A DNA stretch of 64,000 bases from a virus, in IMG/VR virus record IMGVR_UViG_3300032236_001129, positions 1-64,000 of that record; one strand, given 5' to 3'. The notes below the pieces were generated by a model. The model had not been told where the DNA came from. It did not search any database and saw only the letters and a list, made by a program, of their open reading frames with translations. The first letter of the stretch is position 1. Each line of letters starts with the position of its first letter. The position numbers were made by a program, and so were the translations under genes. Positions 63,560-64,000 of this stretch are shown here, in pieces.

Positions 63560-63962
63560 TCATCCCCCCCTCGTTTAAGAACCAGTGACCGTATCTTAAT
63601 GCACGATCTGGTATGTCAATCACATACTTTACTTCCGGCCGGTAAGGTAGCTCTGCAACTAAGTCAGCAACTACGTTATAAGCCTTGGCATAGTTAAAGG
63701 GATTGGTGCCTAGATTATCTAAGTCTTCTAGAACCCTATCCATAGAACTCTGTGGCATTTCAAAGCCGACCAACTCAAGAGTGTAATCATGAGTCTCTTT
63801 GAATCTCCAGAAGTGAGCAAGAGATTGTCGGTTGTATGTCGTCTCGACATACGGTACTGATATGCCCATCACTTTATTAATTTTTGTTTCCCTACTAAGC
63901 AAGCAGTCTAACGAGACAATGACTCGCATGGGAATCTCATTTGAAATGTCGCCCCCCCGCAT
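63546..63962 (-). CDS. Hypothetical protein (possible degenerate HAD fold)
   Basis: M.GGDISNE..VSLDCLL; upstream of dnaB. Confidence 0.6.
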   Translation of the reverse strand: MRGGDISNEIPMRVIVSLDCLLSRETKINKVMGISVPYVETTYNRQSLAHFWRFKETHDYTLELVGFEMPQSSMDRVLEDLDNLGTNPFNYAKAYNVVADLVAELPYRPEVKYVIDIPDRALRYGHWFLNEGGMSGSK

Positions 63963-64000
63963 GATTAAACGATCTCGATCTTGCCGTAGTTAACTAACAG

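Noticed and set aside
1-64000. Integrase, transposase, reverse transcriptase/DGR
   Set aside because: No matching motifs recognised in any ORF of this window

Overview
A 64-kb segment of a large tailed dsDNA phage, almost certainly infecting an actinobacterium: it carries two WhiB proteins, a BldC-like HTH, an MSMEG_6728-type glycosylase and PASTA proteins. The moderate GC suggests a freshwater host (inference). Most genes lie on the minus strand. These include head genes (start of an N4-gp56-type major capsid gene, scaffold, portal, large terminase), many basic low-complexity proteins, three paralogues (two with PASTA-like repeats), an HslV/proteasome-beta-like peptidase, tRNA-Asn, Hsp20, class II RNR, a TGT-fold/HAD-fold/nucleotidyltransferase cluster, and a replication/recombination block (DnaB, primase, dNMP kinase, SNF2 helicase, SSB, PolA, RecA, Cas4-like nuclease, resolvases). 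Three units lie on the plus strand: a secreted SLT-like transglycosylase, a PA14 surface protein + membrane proteins + CHAP endolysin cassette, and a ~14-kb early/accessory island (18091-32065). The most striking unexplained signal is in that island. An asymmetric 12-mer, YCAACAYAAACA, occurs 12 times co-oriented with transcription at quasi-regular 0.7-1.5 kb intervals, in all three reading frames when inside genes, plus one inverted copy at the island's right border. The same island holds several ORF-free, highly base-paired elements that look like undescribed structured RNAs. All calls come from manual reading; no searches were run.
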